From Candidatus Helarchaeota archaeon (GTDB lineage Archaea > Asgardarchaeota > Lokiarchaeia > Helarchaeales > RDOG01), in the NCBI GenBank assembly GCA_019058315.1, contig JAHPZH010000001.1, positions 663,536 through 727,535 on the forward strand: DNA of 64,000 nt. Reading direction: 5' to 3'. The position numbers were made by a program, and so were the translations under genes. Below are positions 41,713 through 51,502 of the stretch, piece after piece. The notes beneath the pieces were generated by a model. That model worked only from the letters and a program-made list of their open reading frames with translations, searched no databases and was not told where the DNA came from. Positions within the stretch are counted from its first letter, which is position 1, and every line of letters begins with the position of its first letter.

Positions 41713-41918
41713 AGGTAATTGGAGACATTTTTTAATTTATTCTTAATCACTTTTTTTATTTATTTTTAAAATTTTTGATTTCTACTTGAAATTTACACAG
41801 GAACAAAAATATTCCTCCGTATGAGCTAGGATTCTCTAAAAATCGACAATTGATAACTTTTTAATATTGAGATATGAGATAAAAATCTAGATTAGTAAAT
41901 TCTAATGGTCTGATTAAA

Positions 41919-43592
41919 ATGTCTGAAGAAAAAGTCGATTTGAAAAAAAGAAGCAACAGAATATTTGAAGTTATCAAGCAAACACCATTTTATTATGTCC
42001 CTTTAGGGGTCATAAAAGGTTTGGGTTTGGAAGAGAAAGAAATTAATAAAAAACCTTTTATTGGAGTCGTTAATACGTGGAATGAAATAAATCCTGGTCA
42101 TAAACATTTAAATTCTTTAGTCGAAGCTGTAAAATATGGAATCATCGAATCTGGTGGAATACCATTTGAATTTTGCACTGTGGCACCATGTGATGGATGG
42201 AGTGAAGGAAATCCAGGAATGCGCTTCATTTTACCCCACCGTGAAATAATAGTGGATTCAATTGAAGCAATGATTGAAGCACATTCTCTTGATGCTATGG
42301 TTACTGTCTCCAGTTGTGATAAAATCAATCCTGCTATGTTGATGGTTGCTGCAAGATTAGATATTCCAACAATTTGCGTTCCTGGAGGTCCTGGCATACG
42401 AGAAATATTTTTTGAACCTGATTATCGAGGCACTGAAATTCGATACTATGAAGAAATGGAATATAAGATCAAATGTATTACATGTGCTTCATATGGAGCA
42501 TGTGATTTAATGGGAACCGCTAATACTACACAATGCATTATGGAAGCATTTGGGATGACTTTACCAAATGCCGCTACAAGTCCTGCATTTTCACGAGCAA
42601 AGATTGTTATGGCAAAAGAATCTGGAAAAAGAATTATGACTCTACTTAAAGAAGGAATAACTCCTTCTCAAATTATGACTAGAGAATCACTAGAGAATGC
42701 CATCATGGTTAATCTGGCTATTGGCGGCTCGACAAACTCGGCATTACACCTCCCTGCAATTGCTGATGAAATGGGTATTGAATTTGATTTAGATTTATTT
42801 AATGAATATAGTAAAAAAATACCATCAATTGCAAATATATCTCCGGCAGGACAGTATGGTGTCACTGATTTATATAAAGCAGGAGGAATACCTGCAGTTA
42901 TGAGTCGTCTCAAAGATTTTATTCATTTAGATTGCCTCACTGTTTCTGGTAAATTAATTAAAAAAATCATTCGAAAGGTTAAAGTGTTAAATGATGAAGT
43001 AATAAGACCCTTATCTAATCCTGTTTTTCCAGAAGGAGGAACCGTTATTTTAAAAGGTAATTTAGCACCAAAGGGTGCAGTGATAAAACAATCTGCAATT
43101 GAACATAAAGAAATGTTACAATTCGAAGGCCCTGCAGTATGTTTTAATTCTGAAGTTGATGCAATAAATGCTTTAGTAAAAAAAGAAATTCAGAATGGTA
43201 CTGTTGTTGTGATTCGTTATGAAGGTCCAAAAGGTGGTCCTGGATTCCCAGAAATGTTAGCATTTACTGCTACACTTAGTGTTTTAAGGGATATGGATAG
43301 AGTTGCTATAATAACCGATGGACGTTTCTCGGGTGGAACACAAGGCCCTGCAATAGGTCATGTCTGCCCCGAAGCGTATGTAGGAGGTCCAATTGCAGTT
43401 GTTCAAAATGGGGATTTGATTAAAATAGATATACCCAATAGGACCCTCAATGTTGAGATTACAGATGATGAAATTCAAGAACGATTAAAAAAATGGAAAC
43501 CCTTTGAAAAAGATATTAAAAGCAAACTTTTACTAAAATATAGAGCTTTAGTAACTTCAGCTGCAAAAGGTGCTATATTAAAATATGACTGA
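41919..43592 (+). CDS. ilvD: Dihydroxy-acid dehydratase (IlvD/Edd family)
   Basis: KPFIGVVN, NPGHKHL, CDG, CDK, MGTANT, GGSTN, GNLAP, RYEGPKGGPG, TDGRFSG, GHVCPEA. Confidence 0.92.
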   Translation: MSEEKVDLKKRSNRIFEVIKQTPFYYVPLGVIKGLGLEEKEINKKPFIGVVNTWNEINPGHKHLNSLVEAVKYGIIESGGIPFEFCTVAPCDGWSEGNPGMRFILPHREIIVDSIEAMIEAHSLDAMVTVSSCDKINPAMLMVAARLDIPTICVPGGPGIREIFFEPDYRGTEIRYYEEMEYKIKCITCASYGACDLMGTANTTQCIMEAFGMTLPNAATSPAFSRAKIVMAKESGKRIMTLLKEGITPSQIMTRESLENAIMVNLAIGGSTNSALHLPAIADEMGIEFDLDLFNEYSKKIPSIANISPAGQYGVTDLYKAGGIPAVMSRLKDFIHLDCLTVSGKLIKKIIRKVKVLNDEVIRPLSNPVFPEGGTVILKGNLAPKGAVIKQSAIEHKEMLQFEGPAVCFNSEVDAINALVKKEIQNGTVVVIRYEGPKGGPGFPEMLAFTATLSVLRDMDRVAIITDGRFSGGTQGPAIGHVCPEAYVGGPIAVVQNGDLIKIDIPNRTLNVEITDDEIQERLKKWKPFEKDIKSKLLLKYRALVTSAAKGAILKYD

Positions 43593-43616
43593 TAATTTTT
43601 AACGGGAGGAATAAGC

Positions 43617-45161
43617 ATTAACGAATATGATGTAATTATCATAGGTTCTGGATTAGGTGGTCTATCTTGTGCAGCAATTCTTGCAAAAAATGGATACAAA
43701 GTTGCAGTATTTGAAAGACATCATACACCTGGTGGATATTGCACTAATTTTAAAAGAAAAGAATTTGAATTTGATGCATCAATTCACCAAATAGCTGGTT
43801 GCGAACGAGGAGGGCTTCTTCATAATGTTCTCGTGGAAGCGGGTGCAGAAGACTATGTGGAATTTATTAAATTAGATCCTGCTTTCAAAATAATCTCAAA
43901 TAATTATGAATTTGTAGTTCCTCAAGAAAAAGAAGAATATATTAAACGATTATGTGAGAAATTTCCCGAAGAAGCAAAAGGAATTAGAAAATATTTTGCT
44001 CTCAATAAAAAATTCTTTGATTTTGCGAAGAAATGGTACGAGATATATGGTCTCAAAAAAGCATTATATGCATTAAGACATATGGGTACCGCATTATCTA
44101 CTTTATTTCATTTAAAAAATACACTTCAAGATATTTTAGATAAATATATTAAAAACCCAGATTTAAAAGAGATACTATCTCAGTTATGGGGGTTTTTAGG
44201 ACTTCCACCAAGTGAACTTTCCTATGTTTACTACACTATTGGTATTTCCGCTTATATGGAAGAGGGGACTTTTTATCCACGAGGTGGATCACAGAAAATA
44301 TCAGATGCATTTGTAAAAGCAATGAAAGAAAATGGAGGAGAACTTTTTCTAAAAAGCGAAGTAGAAGAAATTTTAATTGAAAAAAAAACCGTTAAAGGTA
44401 TAAAATTAACAAATGGCGAAATTTATAAAGCCCCAGTCGTAGTCAGTAATGCAGACGGTGTTGTAACGTTTAATAAATTAATAAAAAGAAAATATCTTCC
44501 TAAAAAATATTTAAAAAGAATTAATAATATGGTTCCATCAATATCCGCTATCAGTGCTTACCTAGGGCTTGATATTGATTTGAAAAATTTCGGTATTAAA
44601 GATTTTGATATAATGGTGAATAAAAATCTAAATCCGGAAAATTATTATAATGAAATAATGGATGGGGTAAAATCAAAATCGTTTGTAGTGTCAGTTTATA
44701 GTAATGTTGATGAAAGTTTTGCACCTCCTGGTAAAAGTGTAGTAACAGTTTTAAACCTTGCATCATGGGGGGATAAAAAAGAAAATCGCTGGAAACTAGA
44801 AACAGATGGGACTAGAGGTGAAATCTATAAAAAAAATAAGGCAGACTGGTTAGAATGGCTAGTGTCCAGAGCTGAAACTCTTATTCCCGAACTTAGGAAC
44901 CATATTGAAGTCGCTGAGGTTGCCACTCCAGTCACCTATCATAGATATACACTGAATCAAGGTGGTGCATTAGTTGGTTGGGCGTCTAGTAGGGAGCAGA
45001 GTATCTTTAACCGTTTGCCTCAAAAAACACCCATTAAAGGGCTCTATCTTGCTAGTGCATGGGCGTTCCCTGGCGGTGGGGTGAATGGCGTTACATTGGG
45101 TGGGAAATGGCTTGCTAGAAAAATTCGTAAAAAATATAAAATTAAGGAAAAAATCAATTAG
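43617..45161 (+). CDS. Phytoene desaturase (CrtI)/retinol saturase-like FAD oxidoreductase
   Basis: Dinucleotide-binding start INEYDVIIIGSGLGGLSCAAILAKNGYKVAVFERH lies in frame upstream of the ORF-track start 43833; YPRGG, VVSNAD, ATPVT, TPIKGLYLA...PGGG. Confidence 0.9.
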   Translation: MNEYDVIIIGSGLGGLSCAAILAKNGYKVAVFERHHTPGGYCTNFKRKEFEFDASIHQIAGCERGGLLHNVLVEAGAEDYVEFIKLDPAFKIISNNYEFVVPQEKEEYIKRLCEKFPEEAKGIRKYFALNKKFFDFAKKWYEIYGLKKALYALRHMGTALSTLFHLKNTLQDILDKYIKNPDLKEILSQLWGFLGLPPSELSYVYYTIGISAYMEEGTFYPRGGSQKISDAFVKAMKENGGELFLKSEVEEILIEKKTVKGIKLTNGEIYKAPVVVSNADGVVTFNKLIKRKYLPKKYLKRINNMVPSISAISAYLGLDIDLKNFGIKDFDIMVNKNLNPENYYNEIMDGVKSKSFVVSVYSNVDESFAPPGKSVVTVLNLASWGDKKENRWKLETDGTRGEIYKKNKADWLEWLVSRAETLIPELRNHIEVAEVATPVTYHRYTLNQGGALVGWASSREQSIFNRLPQKTPIKGLYLASAWAFPGGGVNGVTLGGKWLARKIRKKYKIKEKIN

Positions 45162-45201
45162 AATATGATTAAAGGAAAATAAAACAGGTAAAGATTAAAT
45201 A

Positions 45202-46275
45202 ATGATCAATAAAGATTTTCTCAAAGCATTCGATGACGGAAAGGTGTATAAAGGGGGAGTAGCTTATGCAATAATCCGCTGTTATAAAGCTGGAGAATTG
45301 AATATAAGTTCGAAAAAGATAGTTGCCTGTGATCCATTTAGCTCTCTTGAATCAAAACCATTAGATGAAAATATCAAACCTGGAGAATATCCAGTAATTT
45401 TAAGTGTAATTCATTATGATGTTGCTGCTGATGTGGCATTTGCCATGATTAAATTTAGAGGTGGAACCCCCACTAAATGGGTAAATGCTTTGGGATATAA
45501 TAAACAAGGTAAAGAACTTGCAATCCCAGTGGATTCTGCCCATGCTTGTTTTATAGATGCCACTAATGCTGAAAAACTTCATGATTCTTTATATGCAAAA
45601 GGATGGGATCAAAAAGCTTATGATAAATTTCAACAACGAATAGAAGACTCAATGAAAAATAATAATTACCTTTATGCAAATATTACAATATCTGAGGAAA
45701 ACATGGATGAAAATATAATTGCTTTCCCATCTGGCTATGGGGATGGAGGCTATCCTTGTTATTGGGGTTATGATGAGGATGGTCTAAACTGTCTTTTAAT
45801 AGATTTTTTAGTTTTTGATCCTGAAAAATATACTCCTTGGCCTGATAAAAAAGAAATTCCACCAATCCCTGATTATGGTGAATCATTTTTTAATTGGTTA
45901 GTAAAAATAGGTCAGATTTTTAAAGAGCAAATTATAAATAAACAGCCCTTAGAAAAAAAACTAGTTGAATACATAAATGGATTAGTAAATTTTGAAATTC
46001 CAGATGAAATTTTGACTTACTATAAATTTTGCACGCCATGGGAAAAAATTGAGGATCCAAAGAGTGAATGGCAAAAAATTTTCAAACATATAAAAGAAAA
46101 ACATAATTTTGAATCAGTTCCAATATTCATTTTTGATTCAGAAAGCTATATCGTTGCAAAATTAATAAATACAAACAGTTTTGAAGTCTGGAATATGTAT
46201 AAAGATGGTTTTTACTTACGTGCCTTCGACATTCGCACATTTTTTATAAATTTTGTTCTTACCGTTTACTTATAA
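45202..46275 (+). CDS. DUF4241 domain protein with additional C-terminal domain
   Basis: KIVACDP, PGEYPV, IPVDSAHACFID, FPSGYGDGGYPCYWG...LLIDF. Confidence 0.8.
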   Translation: MINKDFLKAFDDGKVYKGGVAYAIIRCYKAGELNISSKKIVACDPFSSLESKPLDENIKPGEYPVILSVIHYDVAADVAFAMIKFRGGTPTKWVNALGYNKQGKELAIPVDSAHACFIDATNAEKLHDSLYAKGWDQKAYDKFQQRIEDSMKNNNYLYANITISEENMDENIIAFPSGYGDGGYPCYWGYDEDGLNCLLIDFLVFDPEKYTPWPDKKEIPPIPDYGESFFNWLVKIGQIFKEQIINKQPLEKKLVEYINGLVNFEIPDEILTYYKFCTPWEKIEDPKSEWQKIFKHIKEKHNFESVPIFIFDSESYIVAKLINTNSFEVWNMYKDGFYLRAFDIRTFFINFVLTVYL

Positions 46276-46288
46276 TCTGTTGAATAAA

Positions 46289-47344
46289 ATGAGTCTTAAT
46301 GAACCTAAATATAATTTGGATAATTTTTTGGCAAATATCCGTGATTGGATTAAACAATTTGAAATAAATGAAAAACCGGGATATTTTTTTTATAAACCCG
46401 TAGATCAAAATAAGTCTAAAACAAAACCTCTAAGTTTATATGGAACAACAGATATGGTTTTTACCCTCTATATAACAAATGAATTAGATAATTATTTTGA
46501 GGGTTTTACAAATGAAAAACGAGAATCTTGGATTGAAGCTATTCAAAGTTTTCAAAAACCTAAAACTGGATGGTTTACACAGGGTTCATGGAATTATTAT
46601 ACTCTTCATTTCAAAGAACATAGTACTGCATATGCAGCAGTTGCTTTAAAATTATTGGATGCAAAACCAAAATATTCCTTAAAAATCTCTGAAACACTAA
46701 AATCAAAACAAGCAGTTGAAAAATGGTTAGAAAAAATGCATTGGGGGCTATTATTTTGGCCAGGATCCCATAGAGGAGGTGGAGTTCCCGCATATTTCTT
46801 GACCACTGGGGAAATACCACATAAGGATTTTTTTAACTGGTATTTTGATTGGCTAGATAAAGAAGCAGATCCTGAAGTAGGTTTTTGGCGAAGAGGGCGG
46901 ATCCATAAAATTAAGAAGGATAGATTAACAAAACACGAATTAGGTGGCTCAATTCATTTTTATTGGATATATGAATTTATGAAACGTCCAATTCCTTATC
47001 CGAAAAAAGTCATAGATTCAACACTGAAGTTGCAAAACGAATTTGGATTATGGGACAAGAAATTGGGTTATTGTATAGATTTGGATGCAGTATTTAGCTT
47101 AAATAGATGCTGTCAGCAAGCTGATGGCTATAGAAAAGATGAAATTGATAAAGCTATTATTAAATTTTTAGATTATACAATTCCAAAATTAAATGATAGA
47201 GATTTTTTATTCACTAATTATGAAGATTCTCATAGGATTACAGGATATTTAGAAACAATAGCCGAAATCCAAAAATTTTATCCTAATCTAATTAAAACTC
47301 CTAAACCATGGATTGAAAGTTTAGATATAGCTCCATGGGTTTAG
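46289..47344 (+). CDS. Hypothetical protein, possibly alpha/alpha-barrel (prenyltransferase-like)
   Basis: Repeated Q/AxxxxGxW/F motifs (FQKPKTGWF, ADPEVGFW, LQNEFGLW); start placed at ATG 46289. Confidence 0.65.
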   Translation: MSLNEPKYNLDNFLANIRDWIKQFEINEKPGYFFYKPVDQNKSKTKPLSLYGTTDMVFTLYITNELDNYFEGFTNEKRESWIEAIQSFQKPKTGWFTQGSWNYYTLHFKEHSTAYAAVALKLLDAKPKYSLKISETLKSKQAVEKWLEKMHWGLLFWPGSHRGGGVPAYFLTTGEIPHKDFFNWYFDWLDKEADPEVGFWRRGRIHKIKKDRLTKHELGGSIHFYWIYEFMKRPIPYPKKVIDSTLKLQNEFGLWDKKLGYCIDLDAVFSLNRCCQQADGYRKDEIDKAIIKFLDYTIPKLNDRDFLFTNYEDSHRITGYLETIAEIQKFYPNLIKTPKPWIESLDIAPWV

Positions 47345-47400
47345 AAGTGAAAATTTTGACCTCGAATTTTCAAAAATAATAAAGAAAAAGTAAAATGGAT

Positions 47401-47826
47401 TTAGGATTTATCTATACCCAATAATTTTTGTTCTAGAACGTCAGCAAATATTGCTACTTCTTGGATCATTGCACCCAATTCTTTATCAGTACATGAAGGA
47501 GCCAGAGTTCGTGAAACTATATACATTTTCTCTCCCTTTTGGTCGATTTGAGTTTTCGCTAAAATAAGATGTTGATTCAACATGAGTAAAGCCATTAAAG
47601 TTTCTAAACCCTTCTGAACATCAGATTTATCAAGATCACCTATAACGCTAACTACTTCGACAATCTGTCCTTGTTGTTCATGAGAACTTATCTTAGCGAT
47701 GCATCTTTGTTTACGGTCTTTAATTTCTACTTCGAATGCTACAACTTCGCCATAGTCTGTTTTAGCAATTTGATTTTTAAAGCCCAATTCATCTATTACT
47801 TTTTTAATATCATCATTTGTTTTCAT
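47401..47826 (-). CDS. YbjN/CesT-fold chaperone-like protein
   Basis: RKQR...VEVVSVIG...LLMLN...EVAIFADVLEQKLLG pattern. Confidence 0.6.
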   Translation of the reverse strand: MKTNDDIKKVIDELGFKNQIAKTDYGEVVAFEVEIKDRKQRCIAKISSHEQQGQIVEVVSVIGDLDKSDVQKGLETLMALLMLNQHLILAKTQIDQKGEKMYIVSRTLAPSCTDKELGAMIQEVAIFADVLEQKLLGIDKS

Positions 47827-47939
47827 AAATAATGATTTTTATATACTTGTATAAAAAGATAATTACTTTCAATCTAGAAACTCTATTTTTATGAAAATAC
47901 TAAATATTTTTCAATTCTTTAGTAGCTTTTTATTTCAGA

Positions 47940-50438
47940 CTAGATTAAAATAGTTTTAAACTTCCAAGGATCTATTTCAATTTGACTTTCTTTCATAGAT
48001 TTTATTTCTTTATAGTTTAAATCAATTTCTTTTAATTTATTCTTAATTAATGGTCCAACTAATCTAATTTGATATTTGTTATTCGTTGGGTTAAATATTC
48101 TTATGTAAGAATTATTATTTCTTCTCCATAAATTAATTATTGAAACTGAAGGTTGTATTGAAAGAAAAGATTGACTTTTTTGGTTGAATTCAAAATTATT
48201 ATTAAGCTCAACTCCAATTAACCCAAATTGAAATGCATTTATATAATTGGAGATAGAATTTGTATCATCTTCATTAGTAATTACTATGGCAAATTCGAAC
48301 TTTCCTTTACTATTAATTGAATTCCGGAAATTGAAATTATCTCTATTAATCATAAATTTTTGACTATTCTTTTGCATATATAATATCCCAATTCCTTCCC
48401 CTTTCAACCAGAGAAAATCCAAAGTTTGTATATTTGATCTTTTTGTCTCTTCAATACCAAATGGATAATTAATTAAAGATTTTTGAATCTTAACAGCAGG
48501 ATAACAAATTATCTCCCTTAATAAATTGGAATCTAAAGAGAATTCAAGTCTATTTATATCATTATATTGGCAAATTTTGATTTTAAATTTTTGCTCCTTA
48601 ATTCTACCTATTATAATATTCACTTCTTCAATAGTAGACTTGTAATAGTGCTCAATGGATAGATTATAATCAGATTTAGATTTAAATCTTAGTTCACAAA
48701 CCTTTTTATCACGAAATTTAATTTCTATAGTCTTCTTATTCTCCAGAATTCTTATTTTATATAAAAAATTGTTAGTTTTTGTAGTTTTAGAATCCTTTTT
48801 AATCAGTGAATAGACTTTATATCCAAGAGAAGGAATTTCTGGAATGAATTTTAATTTCGAATCTTGATATTGAAAATCTATTTCTTTATCACTTTCCAAA
48901 GTTATTTCAGAAGGATGATCGAGTTTTAATTGAATTGAAAAAATATCTCTTCTAGTAAATGGAGAAGGATTAAATATTATTATATTTTTTAAGATGTTAT
49001 TAGAAATTTTCGGTTTTTCTTCTAAATTCTCGGACAATTTATAAATACTTTTTTGTATAAAACCTTCACACTTATTTATTATTTCATTTTGTATTTTTAA
49101 ACTTAAATCTGAAATTGAAATTTTGTTATTATTTAATTCTAACTTATTAAATTCATACTTATTATATTCTTCAGAACTCAATTGTTGAGCCATATAATCT
49201 CCTGTTCTTATAAAAGGAACAGCGTAATTATCATGAGCTTGAGTAAACAGAAATTTCTTCCATATTTCATCGAAAAATAAATCCTCTGATTTGATATTAA
49301 ATAAATTTAAAATACAATTTAGAATTTCAGCCGAAATAATAGAAGATTCACATTTTTTATTATTGAGAAATAAATCGCTGGGAACAAAGATGTAATCTCC
49401 TAAGGAGAATTGATCACGGCTAAACTTGAATTCACCATCTTTATTAATTTTTTCAAGTAATTCAGAACATAATACAAACTCTCCAAAGATATTAGAGTAC
49501 TTAGAAATTCTCCAGACTTCTTCTTGATAAGCTTGTGGCATAATAAAATCTTCAATGGACGAGTAAACAATATATTTCATAAAAGGACGTGCAACAGCTT
49601 GAAATAATAAATTAGAAATCTCTCTGAAAAATGTCCCATGCCAATATTCCCCATTAAAAACACTAGTCTGATCAGTAATTGCATCAATTTTAGTACCATC
49701 TAAACCAATCCAGTCTATATACCCTGAATTTGTAGTCGGAGTCTGTCCTAATAAGCGAGTTCTAAGAGAACTAAACTGAATATCAAAACCTTTGAGAATT
49801 TGAGGAATTTGTGGATGAAGTGCACTCTCTGAACAGTAATAATTGTTACATTTAATTCCTAATTCTTTTAATACTTTTAAACCATATTCAAATTGTTTAA
49901 TATTTGATTCAGCACTGATAATTAAATTATAAGGTTGAGTGTAAGACGGATTTATTATTTCGAGTCTACCAAGTTTTATTAATTCTAAAAATTTTGAGAT
50001 TTTCTCTGGAAATCTTTTTTTTAACCATTCTAGACAAGAAATGGCAATTTCTAAATTATACGGCATTTTGGTTTCAATTGCCAGATTCATTTTTTCTAAT
50101 AAACGATCTATGGCATAATTAGGTGAATCAAATTCGCAAAATCCCATATCGTCAATAATAACGCCACCATGCCCCCCTACGATAAAAAATATCTTTGGAT
50201 GAAATTCTCGTCTTACAATAAATCTAATTTTTTTAAGAATATCATAAAAAGACTGTTCCTTTGATTTTTTATCTAAATTTTTTAATGTTTTTAGTTGATT
50301 TATCTTTTCTCTTATCCTATCATAATTGATTTTATATTTTTTTATGGGATTTTTATCAGTAAATTTCTTAAGTAATTCAAGTATCTTAACTAAAGCTATT
50401 AGATCTTGTTCCATATTATTTTCCGCCGTTAATTTCAT
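47940..50438 (-). CDS. Glycoside hydrolase family 38-like protein (divergent)
   Basis: ESNIKQFEYG, HPQIPQILKGF, WIGLDGT, QAHD, IFNPSPFTR, IPSLGYKVY, IRIFNP, IDPWKFKT. Confidence 0.7.
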   Translation of the reverse strand: MKLTAENNMEQDLIALVKILELLKKFTDKNPIKKYKINYDRIREKINQLKTLKNLDKKSKEQSFYDILKKIRFIVRREFHPKIFFIVGGHGGVIIDDMGFCEFDSPNYAIDRLLEKMNLAIETKMPYNLEIAISCLEWLKKRFPEKISKFLELIKLGRLEIINPSYTQPYNLIISAESNIKQFEYGLKVLKELGIKCNNYYCSESALHPQIPQILKGFDIQFSSLRTRLLGQTPTTNSGYIDWIGLDGTKIDAITDQTSVFNGEYWHGTFFREISNLLFQAVARPFMKYIVYSSIEDFIMPQAYQEEVWRISKYSNIFGEFVLCSELLEKINKDGEFKFSRDQFSLGDYIFVPSDLFLNNKKCESSIISAEILNCILNLFNIKSEDLFFDEIWKKFLFTQAHDNYAVPFIRTGDYMAQQLSSEEYNKYEFNKLELNNNKISISDLSLKIQNEIINKCEGFIQKSIYKLSENLEEKPKISNNILKNIIIFNPSPFTRRDIFSIQLKLDHPSEITLESDKEIDFQYQDSKLKFIPEIPSLGYKVYSLIKKDSKTTKTNNFLYKIRILENKKTIEIKFRDKKVCELRFKSKSDYNLSIEHYYKSTIEEVNIIIGRIKEQKFKIKICQYNDINRLEFSLDSNLLREIICYPAVKIQKSLINYPFGIEETKRSNIQTLDFLWLKGEGIGILYMQKNSQKFMINRDNFNFRNSINSKGKFEFAIVITNEDDTNSISNYINAFQFGLIGVELNNNFEFNQKSQSFLSIQPSVSIINLWRRNNNSYIRIFNPTNNKYQIRLVGPLIKNKLKEIDLNYKEIKSMKESQIEIDPWKFKTILI

Positions 50439-50490
50439 TAGAATTTATTTAATAATTTTTATAATTATATCTATCACATTGTATTTCAAG

Positions 50491-51381
50491 ATGATAGATA
50501 CAAAATTAAGCAAAAAGACAAAGAAGAAGATTTTAGGTTTTCAAAGGGATGAAATTTCGGAACATCATATTTATAAAAAACTAGCTGCAAGAACTAAAGA
50601 CCTTAAAAACAAAGAAATTTTAAAAAAAATTTCAAATGAGGAGAGAGAGCATTATCAAACTTGGAAAACCTATACAAATATGGATGTAAAACCTAGTAGA
50701 TTCAAAATATGGAAGTTTTACTTAATCTCAATAATATTTGGGATAACATTTGGAATAAAATTAATGGAAGGGGGAGAAGAAGGAGCACAAAAATCATATG
50801 GAGAAATTCTCAAATTAATACCAGAAAGACCAGAAATTGAGCGGGTTATAAGGGAAGAGCAAGAACATGAAAGCCAGTTAATAGAATTAATTGATGAAGA
50901 AAGGCTCAAATATGTTAGTTCTATGGTTTTAGGCCTAAATGACGCACTTGTAGAACTAACCGGAGCACTTGCAGGTTTTACTCTTACATTTCAGAATAAT
51001 CTTGTAGTTGCAATAGCGGGATTAGTAATGGGAATAGCTGCCGCTCTTTCAATGGCAGCTTCAGAGTATCTATCAACAAAATCGGAAGAAAGTGAGAAAA
51101 GTCCAGCTAAGGCATCCCTATATACTGGATTTGCATATATCCTTGTAGTTTTCCTACTCACTATTCCTTATTTCTTTATTATGGATGTTTATATCTGCTT
51201 AGTGCTAACTGTTAGTAGTGCAATTCTCGTAATCTTAATATTTACTTATTACATTTCTGTTGCAAAAGATTTAGATTTTAAAAGAAGATTTCTGGAAATG
51301 GCTCTAATTAGTCTTGGAATTGCTGTAATCTCATATTTAGTAGGGTTTATATTAAGAATTTTCTTCCATATTGAAGTTTAA
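50491..51381 (+). CDS. VIT1/CCC1 transporter family protein with N-terminal ferritin/rubrerythrin-like domain
   Basis: EEREHY, EQEHE; VLGLNDALVELTG; LSMAASEYLS. Start placed at ATG 50491. Confidence 0.88.
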   Translation: MIDTKLSKKTKKKILGFQRDEISEHHIYKKLAARTKDLKNKEILKKISNEEREHYQTWKTYTNMDVKPSRFKIWKFYLISIIFGITFGIKLMEGGEEGAQKSYGEILKLIPERPEIERVIREEQEHESQLIELIDEERLKYVSSMVLGLNDALVELTGALAGFTLTFQNNLVVAIAGLVMGIAAALSMAASEYLSTKSEESEKSPAKASLYTGFAYILVVFLLTIPYFFIMDVYICLVLTVSSAILVILIFTYYISVAKDLDFKRRFLEMALISLGIAVISYLVGFILRIFFHIEV

Positions 51382-51502
51382 TAATTCAAAAAATTCAAAA
51401 GCTTAAACTTTTTTTACTAAAATTCTTTAATCTGTATATTAATAAAAATAAAGTTAAAATAAATTAATTAACGCTTAACAAATCTAGGACCGAAATTAAA
51501 AG

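Noticed and set aside
50326-50490. N-terminal extension of the VIT1 ORF overlapping the GH38-like gene
   Set aside because: It overlaps the divergent gene; the family-like sequence begins at ATG 50491.
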